A stretch of DNA of 62,297 bases from a virus (Duplodnaviria > Caudoviricetes), in IMG/VR virus record IMGVR_UViG_3300037493_001386, positions 1 to 62,297 of that record; one strand, 5' to 3'. Positions 7,614 to 17,070 of this stretch are shown in pieces. The position numbers and the translations under genes are program-made. The notes beneath the pieces are model-generated. The model was given only the letters and a program-made list of their open reading frames with translations. It had not been told where the DNA came from and searched no databases. The first letter of the stretch is position 1; each line of letters starts with the position of its first letter.

Positions 7614-8990
7614 ATGACAAACCCACAACAAGCAATAATCGCAATATTAATGACTGGTGAAAACCATCAGGATTTAATGCCACAACTGGAAGAGCATCTC
7701 TTTAATGAGGTGCTCACATCAAGATGCTACAAAGTAATAAAGCGCACTATTGAAAAAGGACAGACACCTAATATGGTTAACTTCTTTAGTACTGCGAATG
7801 AACTTGATAAGTTTACACCTAAAGAAACATCTGCAATAGTTGGCTGGTCTAATAGTCTAACATATAACGAGCCAGTTAATGAATATATTGCAATCCTAAA
7901 GGACAATCATATTAAAAGATCAATAGGTAATATTATTACCGAGCAGTCTTTCGGACTATCAAATAATGTTGATGGCTATACAACTGCAACCGAAATAATA
8001 AAGTCATTAACTAATCTATTAGATACTGGAAGCAACTCAGATAATATTATTGATCTATCGGAATTAACTAATGAAGAAAGGGAATCATACTATCGTAGAG
8101 CAGCACTAACATTATCAGGAAAAACTACTGGATTAAATACTGGATTAAATGCTTTAAATAAATTTACTGGTGGTTTTCATCCTGAGTTTATTATAATTGC
8201 CGGTCGACCATCAATGGGAAAAACGGCATTGGCATTGTTTCACGGAATGAAAAGTGGCGAGGCTGGTATCTACTTTAATCTTGAAATGAATAAAAGCCAG
8301 TTATGCCAAAGATTAATTCTTCAGGAGGCTGGAGACACAATCCATTCTTCAAGACTTCGTGATGGCAATCTTAGCCAATCTGAATTGCACTCTTTTGAAA
8401 AGACTATTGGAAGTATCGAAAAGCAGCCATTCCTGATATATGATAAGGCAAGGTGTGGCGTACACGAAGCAATTAGAGTAATGAAGCGAGAGCATCGGAA
8501 AGGTAGGTGTAAGTGGGCAATAATTGATTACCTACAACTAATGACTATTGAGGGATTCAAAGGTGGCAATCGTGAAGCAGAAGTTGCTGAAATTAGCAGA
8601 ACATTAAAGGCAGCGCAAAAAGAGATTGGAATACCTATAATTGCCTTGGCGCAACTTAGCCGTGAAGTAGAAAAGCGACCTGATAAAAAACCTATACTAT
8701 CAGACCTAAGAGAATCAGGTTCTTTAGAGCAAGATGCAGATAGCGTTGCTTTTGTTTGGAGGCCATCGTATTATGGACTTAATGACGATAATGGCAATCC
8801 ATATACTAATAATATCTTTTATCTTTTTGAGAAGCATAGACAAGGCGCAACTGGTATTGTCGAATTTAGGCACTCACCAAATATGACAAACTTTACAGAT
8901 GTTACCAGTAATGATATTGGCAGCACATTTCTTCCACAACCTAAAGACCTAAGACATTATGCAGACAAAGATTGGGATGTACCATTCTGA
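7614..8990 (+). CDS. dnaB: DnaB-like replicative helicase
   Basis: GRPSMGKT Walker A, IIDYLQL, LAQLSR, SDLRESGSLEQDAD, KHRQG. Confidence 0.95.
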   Translation: MTNPQQAIIAILMTGENHQDLMPQLEEHLFNEVLTSRCYKVIKRTIEKGQTPNMVNFFSTANELDKFTPKETSAIVGWSNSLTYNEPVNEYIAILKDNHIKRSIGNIITEQSFGLSNNVDGYTTATEIIKSLTNLLDTGSNSDNIIDLSELTNEERESYYRRAALTLSGKTTGLNTGLNALNKFTGGFHPEFIIIAGRPSMGKTALALFHGMKSGEAGIYFNLEMNKSQLCQRLILQEAGDTIHSSRLRDGNLSQSELHSFEKTIGSIEKQPFLIYDKARCGVHEAIRVMKREHRKGRCKWAIIDYLQLMTIEGFKGGNREAEVAEISRTLKAAQKEIGIPIIALAQLSREVEKRPDKKPILSDLRESGSLEQDADSVAFVWRPSYYGLNDDNGNPYTNNIFYLFEKHRQGATGIVEFRHSPNMTNFTDVTSNDIGSTFLPQPKDLRHYADKDWDVPF

Positions 8991-9222
8991 ATATATTAAT
9001 TATTTGGAAAAGCATAAAACAGAACCATTTGTAATGTTGGATGAAATGAATCTAACTTATGATCAATTTGAAATGCTATTTAATAACTCATATCCATTTC
9101 GGGAGATGTGGAAAATAGATGAATGTGATTTTAATTACTATGATATCAGAGGTGGCAAGTGCCAGTATGCAAAAGTTTATTACGGAAAAATACATTGCAC
9201 AAACAAGCAATGTAAAACATAA
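8959..9222 (+). CDS. Conserved hypothetical protein, Cys-rich C-terminus
   Basis: Homolog at 46456; four conserved Cys. Confidence 0.7.
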   Translation: MQTKIGMYHSEYINYLEKHKTEPFVMLDEMNLTYDQFEMLFNNSYPFREMWKIDECDFNYYDIRGGKCQYAKVYYGKIHCTNKQCKT

Positions 9223-9239
9223 TCAAAATATTATTATAT

Positions 9240-9458
9240 TTGCAATCTATGGAACAGAAGATAAAAGATAATAGAGGTGGCAAAAGAGAAGGTGCTGGTC
9301 CTCCATTTAAGTACGGAGAGAAAACAATAAACATTACATTCCGCATACCGAAATCGCATAAAGAACTAATTAAATTAATGGTAAAAGAATACCTGAATAA
9401 AGTTAGTTCTGAATATAAATCAAACAAATCAAACAAATCTGAACATTATGGCTGCTGA
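9240..9458 (+). CDS. Small DNA-binding protein (RGGxRxGAG plus ribbon-helix-helix-like)
   Basis: RGGKREGAG...TINITFRIP; homolog at 47499; TATATTTG at 9235-9242 suggests a slightly later true start. Confidence 0.7.
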   Translation: MQSMEQKIKDNRGGKREGAGPPFKYGEKTINITFRIPKSHKELIKLMVKEYLNKVSSEYKSNKSNKSEHYGC

Positions 9459-9666
9459 ACAATCTTGTATTGAATTAATATTTGAGCAACACAATTTACT
9501 ATCTGATGCCGATTTTAAGTCTTGGATGCTAAATAACTATGAAGAACTTGTTGACCAACACAAATTAGAAGTAATGGGCGCATTTGATTGCGGACAAGAA
9601 GATGCTTACGAAAGTGGATTTTCAAATGCTGGAGCACTGGTATTCTATAAAGAGTTCTATGGATAA
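9448..9666 (+). CDS. Conserved hypothetical protein
   Basis: Homolog at 47701. Confidence 0.75.
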   Translation: MAAEQSCIELIFEQHNLLSDADFKSWMLNNYEELVDQHKLEVMGAFDCGQEDAYESGFSNAGALVFYKEFYG

Positions 9667-9759
9667 AATAAAGTTGGCAATAAAATGGTTTGAAATAAAC
9701 CTAAAATATTATTTGTCATTTATTTTCTTTTTAGATCACAATGATAAAAATAAGTATTA

Positions 9760-9981
9760 ATGAAAAAGCAAACAGCAGTTGAGTGGTTAGTTGATGCAAT
9801 ATTTAATGATGTTGATTTGAAAGATTCAATCTTAAAGTTAGCAATCAGTCAGGCGAAAGAAATGGAAAGAGAGCAAATAATTGAAGCATATAGAGATGGA
9901 AGAACAGACCAACAAACTCGTATTCCAAAGTTCTACAATCGAAGTTCTGCAATCTACTACACATCAACCTATGGAGAATAA
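9760..9981 (+). CDS. Hypothetical protein (QTAVEWL...EQIIEAY..G type)
   Basis: Pattern shared with 9448 and 39897. Confidence 0.7.
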   Translation: MKKQTAVEWLVDAIFNDVDLKDSILKLAISQAKEMEREQIIEAYRDGRTDQQTRIPKFYNRSSAIYYTSTYGE

Positions 9982-10354
9982 CCTACTACTTATACCTTGT
10001 GCAATTGAATCTGTTTCCACAAGGAGAGATAAGACATTAAAAGTAATTATAGGTACTCAGGAATTGCCACCATCAAAAGCAGCCGAACTATTAAACCAAT
10101 GGGCATCAGGTGTTGGAGTGATGGCATTCAAAGGTGAATCATTTAGTTACGATGATGAAGAATTGCTAAAATCAATTAAGATTGATGCAGAAGAAATGGG
10201 AAGTAAGACACCAAGCCAAAGGTTAAGGTCTTGCTTATATGTATTATTTGAGCGCAATCCAGAGGGTTACAGAGACTTTAATAGTTATTATGCTGCTATG
10301 ATGGACAAGTTTATAGATATGGTCAAGAAGCGGATAGATACCTACCAATTATAA
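9971..10354 (+). CDS. Conserved hypothetical protein
   Basis: Start at ATG 9971 by homology with 47912-48295; KTPSQRLR motif. Confidence 0.8.
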   Translation: MENNLLLIPCAIESVSTRRDKTLKVIIGTQELPPSKAAELLNQWASGVGVMAFKGESFSYDDEELLKSIKIDAEEMGSKTPSQRLRSCLYVLFERNPEGYRDFNSYYAAMMDKFIDMVKKRIDTYQL

Positions 10355-10373
10355 CATTAACTACATTTGCATT

Positions 10374-10964
10374 ATGTCAAGCATAAAAACAAAAAACGTA
10401 AAGATTAGCGATATTAAAATAAATCCTAATAATCCAAGACTTATTAAAGATGAGAAATTTAATAAGTTAGTGCATTCAATAAAAGAATTTCCTGAGATGT
10501 TGGCAATAAGACCAATCGTTGTAAACTCAGAAATGGTGGTTATTGGTGGCAATATGCGATTAAAGGCTTGTAAGGATGCTGGATTAAAGGAAGTGCCTAT
10601 AATCATTGCGGATAACCTAACGGAAGAACAACAGAAAGAATTTGTAATAAAAGATAATGTTGGATTTGGAGATTGGGACTGGCAAATTATTGCAGAGGAA
10701 TGGGGAACAGAATCACTGGAAGATTGGGGTTTAGATATACCTAACTTTGCCAATGATGAATTGTTAGAAGAATTTGATACCAAGGCATCAGATATTAATC
10801 TAACTCCAAAACCAACTGATGATGACTATTCAACATTTGAAATGGTTATGCTGCATCAAAATAAATTGCTGCTATTGGAAACATTAAATAAAATAAAAAA
10901 TAACTTCCTATTTGAAAAGCAAGAGGATTCATTAATGGAACTCGTAAGACAATACAATAAATAA
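10374..10964 (+). CDS. ParB/Srx-like N-terminal domain protein
   Basis: NPNNPR, L..SIKEF, RPIVV, IGGNMRLKA, IKDN motifs; TACATTTG promoter at 10362-10369. Confidence 0.85.
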   Translation: MSSIKTKNVKISDIKINPNNPRLIKDEKFNKLVHSIKEFPEMLAIRPIVVNSEMVVIGGNMRLKACKDAGLKEVPIIIADNLTEEQQKEFVIKDNVGFGDWDWQIIAEEWGTESLEDWGLDIPNFANDELLEEFDTKASDINLTPKPTDDDYSTFEMVMLHQNKLLLLETLNKIKNNFLFEKQEDSLMELVRQYNK

Positions 10965-10970
10965 AAACCT

Positions 10971-11765
10971 ATGAAGCAAGAGACACTTTCATTTATTAAT
11001 TTTATTAATCCCGATTCAGGTTTAATATTTAATGATGAGGAACACGATAAATATCCATTAAAATACTATAATGTAATTAATGGCGAAGGCATTGATGTAG
11101 ATGAAAATAAAAGTTACTATGGTTTCGTTTATTTAGGTGAGGCGGTGATCAAAATAAAAGACAATATTCAATCTATACTGCCAAAGGATTCTTACTTTTC
11201 GCATCACGGAGAATTTACTCTTTGTGGCAATTTCAAAGCGGTAATCATTGAGGTAATTACCAGTAAAGGAATATACCTAAAGGAACGATTTAAGGCAATG
11301 ACTGCCATCGGAGGTGTTGTAGAAGATACTGGAAGATTAAAATATATAGATGGATGTACTGATAGTCTATTAATACCACCAGTTAAAAAAGGTAATCCTT
11401 GTTTAAATCATTTGCATTTTCCAAAAGACATTCGACAGACACCTCATACTCACCCAAGCCATCGTGTTGGATTAGTAATTAGAGGGCAAGGAAAGTGCGT
11501 AACACCATTCGGAGATCTTCCATTAAATGAGGGATGCATATTTGTTATTAAAGAATATGACGGCCTTTTAAAAGCGGTTGGTTTGGATGGCAAAATGTAT
11601 GATGCTGGTACTCATAAATTTGATACTAATTTTAGCAGTATGGATGTGATAGCATTCCATCCTGATAGCGACTTTGGTCCTGAAGATGAATTCCATCCAA
11701 TGATTAATCGCACAATAGTAAATGGAATTTCTGCAAAAGACATTGATCAAATAAGAACTAAGTAA
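10971..11765 (+). CDS. Cupin-domain protein
   Basis: QTPHTHPSHRVGLVIRGQG and later HKF metal-binding cupin motifs. Confidence 0.75.
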   Translation: MKQETLSFINFINPDSGLIFNDEEHDKYPLKYYNVINGEGIDVDENKSYYGFVYLGEAVIKIKDNIQSILPKDSYFSHHGEFTLCGNFKAVIIEVITSKGIYLKERFKAMTAIGGVVEDTGRLKYIDGCTDSLLIPPVKKGNPCLNHLHFPKDIRQTPHTHPSHRVGLVIRGQGKCVTPFGDLPLNEGCIFVIKEYDGLLKAVGLDGKMYDAGTHKFDTNFSSMDVIAFHPDSDFGPEDEFHPMINRTIVNGISAKDIDQIRTK

Positions 11766-12940
11766 TGGGAGTAGTTAGAAAGAAAGAATACAAAGAGATT
11801 GATGTATATGAGGAAGCATTAAATCGCATCAGATATATTTACGATAGATTTGATAAAGTAGTAGTTTCATTTTCAGGAGGAAAGGATAGTACTGCCGTTT
11901 TAAATACTGCATTAATAGTTGCCAAAGAAAGAAATAGATTGCCATTGGATGTAGTATTCTTTGATGAAGAAGCAATACATCCACCAACTATTGATTATGT
12001 AAAAAGAGTAAGGGAAAATAAAGATATCAGAATGCATTGGTACTGCTTAGAATTTAAGCATCGAAATGCTTGTTCGAATGAGGAACCATTTTGGTATACT
12101 TGGGATAAAGAAAAGAAAGATTTGTGGGTTATGGAAATGCCTGAGTTTGCAATAACTGAACATCCTAAATTTATTAAGGGAATGAGTTTCCAAGAATTCT
12201 CCCCTTACCTATTTAATAGAACGGATGGCAGCGTTGCAATGCTTACTGGTATCAGAACACAAGAAAGCCTCAGAAGATACCAAGTGATCGCTAAAAAAAA
12301 GAATGATGCATTTATGAATTCAACCAGCGAGTCAGGGCAAAACCAATATAGATGCTTCCCTATTTACGATTGGAGTTCTGAGGATGTATGGTTGGCAGTT
12401 AAAAAATTTGGATGGGATTATAATACCACATACGATATATTTAATCAAACCAAATTAAATAATGATTTTCTGCATCAAAGAGTTTGTCCTCCATATGGAG
12501 AAGAACCATTAAGAGGATTATGGGTTTATGCGGAATGCTTCCCTGAGATGTGGCATAAAATGATTAGTAGAGTGCAAGGTGTTAGTACTGCTTGGAGATA
12601 TGGCAATACAGAACTATATTCTAATGCCAGTAAAAAACCTGATAATAAAACGTACAAAGAGTATTTAAATATTATACTGGATAGTTACGATTATGATAGT
12701 CAGCAAGATGTTAAGAAAACAGTTAATGGATATATCAGAAGACATCAGTCATTAACTAAGCAGAAAATACACGAGGTAGATTGCCATCCATTGAGTGGTG
12801 TTTCTTGGGAGTGGCTATGCAAAGTAACCATACGAGGAGATTTCAAAGGCAGACAGAGTAATATATTAAATACCAATGCCAATAATGTAAGGGAGAAATT
12901 AGGTATTACTTTGGAAGAAGCGGAAAGGATTTATAAATGA
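11765..12940 (+). CDS. ibrA: PAPS-reductase-family PP-loop protein, IbrA/YbdN (DUF3440)-like
   Basis: VSFSGGKDS, FFDEEA, GIRTQES, PIYDWSSEDVW, QRVCPPYG motifs. Confidence 0.85.
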   Translation: MGVVRKKEYKEIDVYEEALNRIRYIYDRFDKVVVSFSGGKDSTAVLNTALIVAKERNRLPLDVVFFDEEAIHPPTIDYVKRVRENKDIRMHWYCLEFKHRNACSNEEPFWYTWDKEKKDLWVMEMPEFAITEHPKFIKGMSFQEFSPYLFNRTDGSVAMLTGIRTQESLRRYQVIAKKKNDAFMNSTSESGQNQYRCFPIYDWSSEDVWLAVKKFGWDYNTTYDIFNQTKLNNDFLHQRVCPPYGEEPLRGLWVYAECFPEMWHKMISRVQGVSTAWRYGNTELYSNASKKPDNKTYKEYLNIILDSYDYDSQQDVKKTVNGYIRRHQSLTKQKIHEVDCHPLSGVSWEWLCKVTIRGDFKGRQSNILNTNANNVREKLGITLEEAERIYK

Positions 12941-13434
12941 AGATCAAAGAAGCAAAAATATTTATCAATAGTCAGCCGTTTACATTTGCCAAAAGTTATG
13001 CAGATACATTTCCGCACACCTATTTGCAAAGAGCAAAGACAACAGACGAAAATAAATTTGAGCAATTCATTTCATTAATACGAAAGGAAGGACTGGTATA
13101 TAATTTTTTTAAAAAGCAATACGTATATTTATTTATTGACGATTTTATTTATTGGGAAGTTGGCAGACCTATCAAGTGCATACAAGTATTAAATAGAGCC
13201 AGTATTCATTCACTAAATCAAAATAAGCAACATCTTGTTTCGCAGCATATAGCAGATACTTTATTAGCGAAACTTAATGATAGAGAAATATATTTAGATA
13301 CCTTGCTGAATAAAGAGATTAAATCCATTCAGGATATAAGGCAAATTAAGTTCCTGATGGATACCGAAAGAAGAATAAACGGAGGAGGTAAAAACATAAT
13401 TGATAACTATAAACAAGAAGTAAAATATGAATAA
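12937..13434 (+). CDS. Hypothetical protein within the IbrAB cassette
   Basis: Overlaps both neighbours; FAKSY...PHTY...YW motif; function unknown. Confidence 0.7.
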   Translation: MKIKEAKIFINSQPFTFAKSYADTFPHTYLQRAKTTDENKFEQFISLIRKEGLVYNFFKKQYVYLFIDDFIYWEVGRPIKCIQVLNRASIHSLNQNKQHLVSQHIADTLLAKLNDREIYLDTLLNKEIKSIQDIRQIKFLMDTERRINGGGKNIIDNYKQEVKYE

Positions 13435-13933
13435 GAAAGATCAGCCATTAAATGAAATCGTTTGGCGCAACAGAGAAGAACTAAAAGCAAATAATTACAA
13501 TCCTAATAAAGTTGCACCTCCTGAATTAAAACTATTAAAGGTTTCTATTATTGAAGATGGATGGACACAACCTATTGTAATAAATCCTGATATGACAATT
13601 GTTGATGGATTCCATAGATGGACGGTTTCGGGACATAAAGAAATATACCAGTTAACAGATGGACTTGTTCCAACCGTTATGATCAAACCGAAAGACATCA
13701 ACCAGCAACAGATGGCAACCATTCGACACAATCGTGCTCGAGGTACTCACGGAGTATTGGAGATGAGTAATATCGTAAATGATATGGTTAAGAATGGATT
13801 AAGTGGCGAAGAGATTATGAGTAGATTAATGATGGAAAAGGAAGAAGTAGTTAGATTATTATTTAGAGCGGGTATTCCAAAGAGTGAAGTCTTCAAAGAG
13901 AAAGATTTTAGCAAGGCTTGGTCACCTAAATAA
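13427..13933 (+). CDS. ibrB: IbrB/YbdM-like ParB/Srx-fold protein
   Basis: ANNYNPNKVAPPELKLL..SI.EDGWTQPIV, IVDGFHR, ATIRHNRARG.H. Confidence 0.9.
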   Translation: MNKKDQPLNEIVWRNREELKANNYNPNKVAPPELKLLKVSIIEDGWTQPIVINPDMTIVDGFHRWTVSGHKEIYQLTDGLVPTVMIKPKDINQQQMATIRHNRARGTHGVLEMSNIVNDMVKNGLSGEEIMSRLMMEKEEVVRLLFRAGIPKSEVFKEKDFSKAWSPK

Positions 13934-13953
13934 CAACATTAAAACAACGAAAA

Positions 13954-14259
13954 ATGGCTGGTAAAGGACAAGTAGAACCACGTTGGAAAAAAGGCGAAAG
14001 TGGTAATCCAAATGGAAGGCCTCGTAAGTTGCCTGAGTTGGACAAATTACTTGCTGATGTACTTGGCGAGGAGAAGGATGGAATAACGGCTGGAGAGGTC
14101 ATATTAAAGGCAATAAGGGCAAAGGCAGCAAAGGGCGATGTAAGAGCAGCCGAACTATTATTAGATAGAGCATATGGCAAACCAAAACAAAGTATTGAAA
14201 ACAATATATCATCACTTGAGCCAATGGTTATTATCAGGACCGAGAGAAAAGAAATGTAA
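13954..14259 (+). CDS. terS: Terminase small subunit (DUF5681-like)
   Basis: WKKGESGNPNGRP, GDVRAAELLLDRAYGKP; directly upstream of TerL. Confidence 0.8.
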   Translation: MAGKGQVEPRWKKGESGNPNGRPRKLPELDKLLADVLGEEKDGITAGEVILKAIRAKAAKGDVRAAELLLDRAYGKPKQSIENNISSLEPMVIIRTERKEM

Positions 14260-14284
14260 TATTATACCAGTTACATTTTGATTA

Positions 14285-15559
14285 ATGGCTTATACATTAA
14301 CAGAAACACAAACAATTGCATATGATTATGCCACCAATGGAGATAAAAGAGTTATCTTATTTGGTGGCGCAATTCGTGGCGGTAAAACATATTGGTTGCT
14401 GCTAACATTAACCTCATTATGTTTGGCATATCCAAATAGCAGATGGGTTGTAATTAGAAAAACACTACCTGATCTAAAACGTACAACATTCCCAACATTT
14501 AAATCTATAATGAATGATGGTGTTGGACAATACATAAAGAACTGGAATAGGGATAATGTAGTTACATTTAATAACAACAGCCAATTAATATTTATGGGCG
14601 AGAGTTACGATGATGATAAAGAATTAAATAGGTTTAGGGGATTAGAAATAAATGGTGCTGGATTAGATGAAGTCAACGAGTTACAAGAAGTAACCTTTTA
14701 CAAAGTTCAGGAACGTATTGGTTCTTGGAACAAAGCAGAAGGTCAGCCACCAATAATATGCTTGGCTACTTGCAATCCATCACAAAATTGGGTGAAGACA
14801 TTAATCTATGAAAGGTATAAGTATGGAACGCTTCCAAACAAATGGGCATTCATACCATCAAAGATTACCGACAATCCATATATACCTATTGAGTATCTTG
14901 AATCATTAAAAGAATTGCCACCTATTCAATATGCAAGATTTGTTGAAGGTGATTGGGATGTACTGGATAATGTAGTTAATCCATTCTTGTACGAATGGAA
15001 TGATGAAAAACATATTGATGATAGCATAGAACACAATCCAAATCTACCAACATTTATTAGTGTTGACTTTAATGTTAATCCATTATGCGCATTAATCATT
15101 CAACACGTTGGCAGCGACACACGAATACTGGATGAGATTAAAATAGAAAAGGGCTCAATAGAAGCATTCTGCGATGCCGTTGAGAATTATAATATACCAA
15201 GTGGCTTGATGCGAATAACTGGAGATGCGATGGGCAAAGGCAGTTCAATACAACAACGTGATAACTCTTCTGCATATACTCAAATCAAACGCAAATTTAA
15301 ATTGTCTGATAGTCAAATTATGATACCAGCCAATCCAAGAATATCTAATAGTCGGATAGATTCCAATTTAGCATTAAAAAAATTAAATATTAAAGTTAAT
15401 TCAATCAGGTGCAAAGGATTTATATTTGATGCAAAGCAAGTGCAATGCGATGCGGAAGGTTCGTTAATAAAAACAAATAGGAAAAACCTATCGGAACGTG
15501 CCGATTTTTTAGATTGTTTTCGTTACTTTGTCAATACTATTTTAAAAAGATACCTATGA
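14285..15559 (+). CDS. terL: Terminase large subunit
   Basis: GGAIRGGKT, LDEVNE Walker B, TCNP, DNPY, SVDFN nuclease motif, D.LDC.RY. Confidence 0.95.
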   Translation: MAYTLTETQTIAYDYATNGDKRVILFGGAIRGGKTYWLLLTLTSLCLAYPNSRWVVIRKTLPDLKRTTFPTFKSIMNDGVGQYIKNWNRDNVVTFNNNSQLIFMGESYDDDKELNRFRGLEINGAGLDEVNELQEVTFYKVQERIGSWNKAEGQPPIICLATCNPSQNWVKTLIYERYKYGTLPNKWAFIPSKITDNPYIPIEYLESLKELPPIQYARFVEGDWDVLDNVVNPFLYEWNDEKHIDDSIEHNPNLPTFISVDFNVNPLCALIIQHVGSDTRILDEIKIEKGSIEAFCDAVENYNIPSGLMRITGDAMGKGSSIQQRDNSSAYTQIKRKFKLSDSQIMIPANPRISNSRIDSNLALKKLNIKVNSIRCKGFIFDAKQVQCDAEGSLIKTNRKNLSERADFLDCFRYFVNTILKRYL

Positions 15560-15903
15560 GCATTTGTTCACCTTGTTACGATTCAGGTAGTTATGTTGAT
15601 GTTTGCGCTACTGGAATAACATTTGGAGTTGCAGAACCTGATACTTCATATCTTGTCTGCATTCAATATAAAGCGACCGGTCGCATACAAACATTTGTGA
15701 CCATTAGCGACGAGTTCGGCAACATTACTATTGAAGGTGTATTAATTGATCCATTGCAAGGATATACATTGTGGATCACAACTGATACACCTAATGGAAC
15801 AAGGCAACCAATTACAATAAATGAAATACCTTATACTTGCATTGACTTTTCAATAGCAGTTACCAATACAGAACCATCAATAATTAATCTAACAAATGAA
15901 TAA
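15556..15903 (+). CDS. Conserved Cys-containing protein, probably virion
   Basis: Start ATG 15556 overlaps the terL stop; close homolog at 50409. Confidence 0.7.
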   Translation: MSICSPCYDSGSYVDVCATGITFGVAEPDTSYLVCIQYKATGRIQTFVTISDEFGNITIEGVLIDPLQGYTLWITTDTPNGTRQPITINEIPYTCIDFSIAVTNTEPSIINLTNE

Positions 15904-16102
15904 GATATACGCAATCATTAAAGGTTGGTACTATTACCTAACTGCCAGTTCAAAGAATAAGAAACTAAGTACCGAAAGAACTGCAATATGTAATAACTGC
16001 CAACATAGATACAAGAGATTAAACCTATGCAATGCTTGCGGATGTTTTCTTCCAGCAAAGACAAGAGTTGAGGATGCGCAATGTCCACATCAATACTGGT
16101 AA
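15896..16102 (+). CDS. Small zinc-binding protein (DUF6171-like)
   Basis: R..IC..C...C..CGCFL.AKTR.....CP...W; near-identical at 50750. Confidence 0.75.
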   Translation: MNKIYAIIKGWYYYLTASSKNKKLSTERTAICNNCQHRYKRLNLCNACGCFLPAKTRVEDAQCPHQYW

Positions 16103-16104
16103 CT

Positions 16105-16350
16105 ATGTTAGGATTTATATTAGTAAAATGCAATCAATTTGATTACGATGAAATTCTTTCATTTCAAAATAAGGGACAGATTGATGTTTTATTAAATATC
16201 CAAAACATTGTATCAATCGAAGAAATTAATGATGAAGGAGATGGTTGTTGTATTTCAATGATCAATGGTGTCCATATACTAACAACAAATAAATTCAATG
16301 AAATTAGTAAGAAGATTATTTCCTCGCAAAGTATGGCATCGATTCAATAA
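16105..16350 (+). CDS. Hypothetical protein
   Basis: Divergent homolog at 50960 sharing the MASIQ C-terminus. Confidence 0.65.
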   Translation: MLGFILVKCNQFDYDEILSFQNKGQIDVLLNIQNIVSIEEINDEGDGCCISMINGVHILTTNKFNEISKKIISSQSMASIQ

Positions 16351-16948
16351 ATGGAATCAAAAGCATAGCAGTTACAATCTAATAAATGTATTTACTCAGG
16401 ATGGATATAAGTACCTGAGATTCCCAAAAGAAACTAATATGCCATTGGAACGATTTGCGATGTCAATGGCATTGTTGGAGAGATTGAGTAGTGGCATAAG
16501 CGGAAGCGAAATGGATGGCATATTAGAGGGTATGGAGAAGGCATTAAGTGCTGGACTATCTAATCCAAAGAACGCAGCATTGGTTGCCACCTACATTCAC
16601 ATTATTCGTGAAAGGCAAGATACTATTATACATCGTGATATATTATTAAACATTGCTGCTACTTGGATCATTCGGGAAGATGAAGATCCAACAATAATCA
16701 ATAATGATATTCATAGTGAAAAGTTAAAAGTATTTGAAGCGATGTGCAACGGAGGTGCTCACGATTTTTTTACACGTTTGGCTATCGAGCCTCTAACACC
16801 CTTAATGTCTATGTCAGCCGAAGACTTGCAGAAATTATGGGAATACAACGTGGAGCAACAACGCAATTTAATCAAAGCATTGAACCACTTAGATTCTCAC
16901 CACGATACCGAGCGACCGAAGCGACCAAGAGAATTAAAAGTCAAGTAA
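16298..16948 (+). CDS. Tail assembly chaperone (G-like)
   Basis: Upstream of the tape measure; contains slippery T TTT TTT at 16765-16771. Confidence 0.75.
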   Translation: MKLVRRLFPRKVWHRFNKWNQKHSSYNLINVFTQDGYKYLRFPKETNMPLERFAMSMALLERLSSGISGSEMDGILEGMEKALSAGLSNPKNAALVATYIHIIRERQDTIIHRDILLNIAATWIIREDEDPTIINNDIHSEKLKVFEAMCNGGAHDFFTRLAIEPLTPLMSMSAEDLQKLWEYNVEQQRNLIKALNHLDSHHDTERPKRPRELKVK

Positions 16949-17070
16949 TGACAATTGTTGAAGGTGATGTAGTGGCATACAATCAACTTATGAATGGAGA
17001 TGTTGATTTATTTTTAACTAAATTTGAGCAGTTTATAAATACTCAACAACGTGGCAACAGTTTACATTGA
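16765..17070 (+). CDS. -1 frameshift extension of the tail chaperone (GT-like)
   Basis: -1 frame open from the slippery site and conserved in B (51635-51928). Confidence 0.8.
   Translation, partial: FFYTFGYRASNTLNVYVSRRLAEIMGIQRGATTQFNQSIEPLRFSPRYRATEATKRIKSQVMTIVEGDVVAYNQLMNGDVDLFLTKFEQFINTQQRGNSLH

Noticed and set aside
11765-12940. cysH as an auxiliary sulfur-metabolism gene, or part of type IV CRISPR or a full Dnd system
   Set aside because: Motifs and neighbours fit IbrA/DUF3440. No cas genes, CRISPR array or dndBDE/ssp genes are visible.
10374-13933. ParB-like genes as a plasmid-prophage partition system
   Set aside because: There is no ParA ATPase or parS array. Both proteins are ParB/Srx catalytic-type domains within an IbrAB context.
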